A model generated the notes under the pieces. The model was not told the origin of the DNA and did not search any database. It was given only the letters and a program-made list of their open reading frames with translations. Both the position numbers and the translations under genes were made by a program. Of a stretch of DNA of 64,000 bases, positions 62,801 through 64,000 are shown in pieces. Location: the NCBI GenBank assembly GCA_964540735.1, contig CAZINY010000001.1, forward strand, positions 41,305 to 105,304. Reading direction: 5' to 3'. How positions within the stretch are numbered: the stretch's first letter is position 1; each line of letters starts with the position of its first letter. Origin of the DNA: an uncultured Oscillospiraceae bacterium (GTDB lineage Bacteria > Bacillota > Clostridia > Christensenellales > Aristaeellaceae).

Positions 62801-64000
62801 ACGAATGGACGCATCCGCCGCTGGGCAAGGTGCTCATGTCCTGGTGCGTGGGGATCTTTGGGATGACGCCCTTTGGCTGGCGCTTTGCGGGGTGCATGGC
62901 GGGTATCCTCATGCTACCGTTCATGTACCTGCTGGCCAAGCAGCTTACCAAGCGCAGGGATTTGGCTTTTGCCGCCATGGCGCTGCTGGCGCTGGATTGC
63001 ATGCATCTCACCCAGACGCGCATTGCGACCATCGACAGCTTCCCGGTGCTGTTCATTATGATGAGCTTCTTCTTTATGCTGCGCTTCATGCAGCGGGATC
63101 TTATGGCCGGGATGAAGCCCATGCTGACGGATTTGGCCCTGAGCGGCGTTTCCATCGGTTTGGCCATCGCGAGCAAATGGATCGGGCTTTATGCGGGCGC
63201 GGGGCTGGCGGTGCTGTTCTTCTGGACCTGCTGGCGGCATCTTCGCCTGCAGCATCAGGCAAGGGAGCTATTGGCGGGCGGCGGCGCGTTGACCAAGGAG
63301 CAACGTGAAGCGCTGGCCAAGCGCGGCCGGGAGACGCTGACGCGTCTGATCTGGCTGTGCCTGTGGTGCGTAGGCGTTTTCATCGTGGTCCCCGTGGCGA
63401 TTTACCTGCTGAGCTACATTCCGCAATTGGCTTGTTACGGACGCCTTTCCTTTGGCGAGTTCCTGAAGCAGGTCGTCAAGGTACAGCAGGACATGTACAA
63501 CTACCACAGCACGCCGGGGCTGGGCATGGACCATCCCTTCTATTCGCCCTGGTATGAATGGCTGTTTATCAAGCGGCCCATGTATTTTGCCTCCGACCGG
63601 TATGTGCCTGCGGGATATGGCTACGCGATTTTCTGCTTTGGCAACCCGGCGGTGTGGATTGGCGGTCTGGCGGGGATTCTGGTATGCGCGCTGATCTGGT
63701 GCCGCGGGCATGTCTATGGCGTCCAGGGGCAGGAAGGCGCGCTCCACTGGCAGTCCATGGAGAGCCGGAGCTATGCCTTTGTGCTCATCGGGCTGCTGGC
63801 GCAGCTCCTGCCATGGATTCTGGTTCCCCGGGGAACGTATATTTACCACTATTTTGCCAGCGTGCCTTTCCTGGTGCTGGGGGCGACGCTGACCATGGGA
63901 TGGATTCAGCAGGGCCGCTGGCCGCGGCTGGGCCAGGCGATCAGCGTGGCATACCTGGTGTTTGCCCTGGTCTGCTTCATTGGCTTCTATCCCTATGCCA
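59896..64000 (+). CDS. Giant membrane protein fusing a CBM-like domain, a Gpi18/DUF2029-like GT-C module, a discoidin-like domain and a GT39 (PMT-like) GT-C module; 3' end beyond window
   Basis: The frame is open from the ATG at 59896 (GAGGTG RBS) to the window end, more than 1368 codons. It is absent from the ORF track because there is no stop. Motifs seen: signal peptide, DYPPAYLYVLW, YFDEIYHARTAFE..WTHPPLGK and HPFYSPWYEW. Confidence 0.85.
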   Translation, partial: MYKRVLLCFALCCCLLLAVAALGEEAQENLLYNGSFEVIGEDGMPDGWYTDQYNRQEGYSNFAVLTGDAQEGQHSVQIENLGDNDARFAQTVEVEPESLYCLSGYIRAEEIPDSGLGANLSVKGLYVFSESVFDTAGQWQYVEMYGETGPDQSEVTVFARLGGYSGESRGIAAFDNLSLRQVDAVPGTGVASLWFKLDTGETLADTVDTEETEAEPFWPWLLFVSALYAVAAVIACDVLMRRRKEGELPTSKKMRAPAFLTLALVAAGLARLTVACLVSGYQVDVNCFRAWGASMAQLGPGGFYGSDQFCDYPPAYLYVLWLDYGLISLMNSIAPAGFVSWFATLGLGSYYDVMSVAVIKLVPMACDLGAAYLLYRVGRTRLGNRAAAALASLLAFNPALFLNSAAWCQMDSVLCLLLALVALKAMERNWRAALPLYMLSVLVKPQALMLGFLGLLALIMAWVKYREDRRAMAQGAGIAVLTALAVVLPFSLGSGLSWDWLIQLYTETLSSYSYATVNMANLYYLFNGNWVDTAASAGWALPLFLAALCAVWSAVTLVRQRKKLRWFWVEPAALACFAGYYLAAVFVRPAYTWLGVPAMALCILMTLGMYLRGGKLENLPLAGGILFVLLCVFGLKMHERYLFPALLFFALAFVQRRDRRILALLVCCSLTIFVNAGIVLDNSLRLGSSMGHLNNDTRWLNNLLSVVNLLTALLAVWTGQRVMVEGQPQEEQGTLRLWKPALLQAKPGGVLEARYDAGLHWKRVDTLLVAAVTLVYGALALCNLGSTKAPQNPWKSTDATEQVVIDLGEHYDDFRMLYFAQVSYSDFSVAVSEDGELWSQEYWAQMDQGQCFRWMYLTTYTVAADGSRSYDGYGTPQTLSGRYVRITAQQIGLILDEVIFRLEDQTVLPAQVVGRYNANEASTLLSDPANLLDEQDTLEGEPSWYNSTYFDEIYHARTAFELLNGTSVYEWTHPPLGKVLMSWCVGIFGMTPFGWRFAGCMAGILMLPFMYLLAKQLTKRRDLAFAAMALLALDCMHLTQTRIATIDSFPVLFIMMSFFFMLRFMQRDLMAGMKPMLTDLALSGVSIGLAIASKWIGLYAGAGLAVLFFWTCWRHLRLQHQARELLAGGGALTKEQREALAKRGRETLTRLIWLCLWCVGVFIVVPVAIYLLSYIPQLACYGRLSFGEFLKQVVKVQQDMYNYHSTPGLGMDHPFYSPWYEWLFIKRPMYFASDRYVPAGYGYAIFCFGNPAVWIGGLAGILVCALIWCRGHVYGVQGQEGALHWQSMESRSYAFVLIGLLAQLLPWILVPRGTYIYHYFASVPFLVLGATLTMGWIQQGRWPRLGQAISVAYLVFALVCFIGFYPYA

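Noticed and set aside
1-64000. tRNA, rRNA, tmRNA, RNase P, T-box or phage/defence gene content
   Set aside because: I found no GGTTCGAATCC-type T-arm strings, no rRNA-like segments, and no recognisable restriction, toxin-antitoxin, Cas, retron or abortive-infection proteins. Absence is based on visual scanning only and should be confirmed with tRNAscan-SE, Infernal and DefenseFinder.

Overview
64-kb chromosomal segment, roughly 60% GC. Gene content and motifs fit a high-GC anaerobic Clostridia-class Firmicute (Oscillospiraceae/Ruminococcaceae-like); this taxonomic placement is inference only. Coding density is high and the genes are mostly housekeeping. In order: class-3 FBPase (5' truncated at the window edge), FtsH, type-2 GalT, a degenerate CapA-like protein, a CorC/CNNM transporter, DUF951, signal peptidase I, a VanY-like M15 peptidase, and a secreted/zinc-ribbon/TPM envelope trio. 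Next come an rnfC-D-E-A-B operon with no rnfG, a MOP flippase, dCMP deaminase and a SPOR protein. A sensory-type [FeFe]-hydrogenase module (DRTGG, HATPase, HydS-like, DRTGG, PHP) sits directly upstream of an electron-bifurcating-type hydC-(HATPase)-(2Fe2S)-hydB-hydA operon. After that: GH43, an ABC-F ATPase, maf-mreBCD-PBP2-minD-rodA, SRP RNA, and a marR-ftsH2-ABC-ABC operon. The window ends with an OmpR/HK pair, rplS, DUF3795, NUDIX and DUF4230 proteins, ylqF-rnhB-yraN, and a protein of more than 1360 aa that fuses two GT-C glycosyltransferase modules and runs off the 3' edge. I saw no rRNA, tRNA, CRISPR, integrase, transposase or phage genes. The signals I think deserve a second look are: (1) a structured, MITE-like intergenic repeat family with at least 5 copies, always next to GC hairpins at gene 3' ends, including a 240-bp tandem duplication and a nested cluster; (2) the missing rnfG; (3) a TSCSP instead of TSCCP H-cluster motif in HydA; (4) the uncharacterised HydS/DRTGG/HATPase/PHP sensory module; (5) the dual GT-C fusion protein; (6) a second FtsH wired to MarR and an ABC exporter pair behind a consensus promoter with a palindromic operator. 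Start codons were chosen by RBS spacing and are less certain than stops. Family names come from motif recognition by eye, not from searches.
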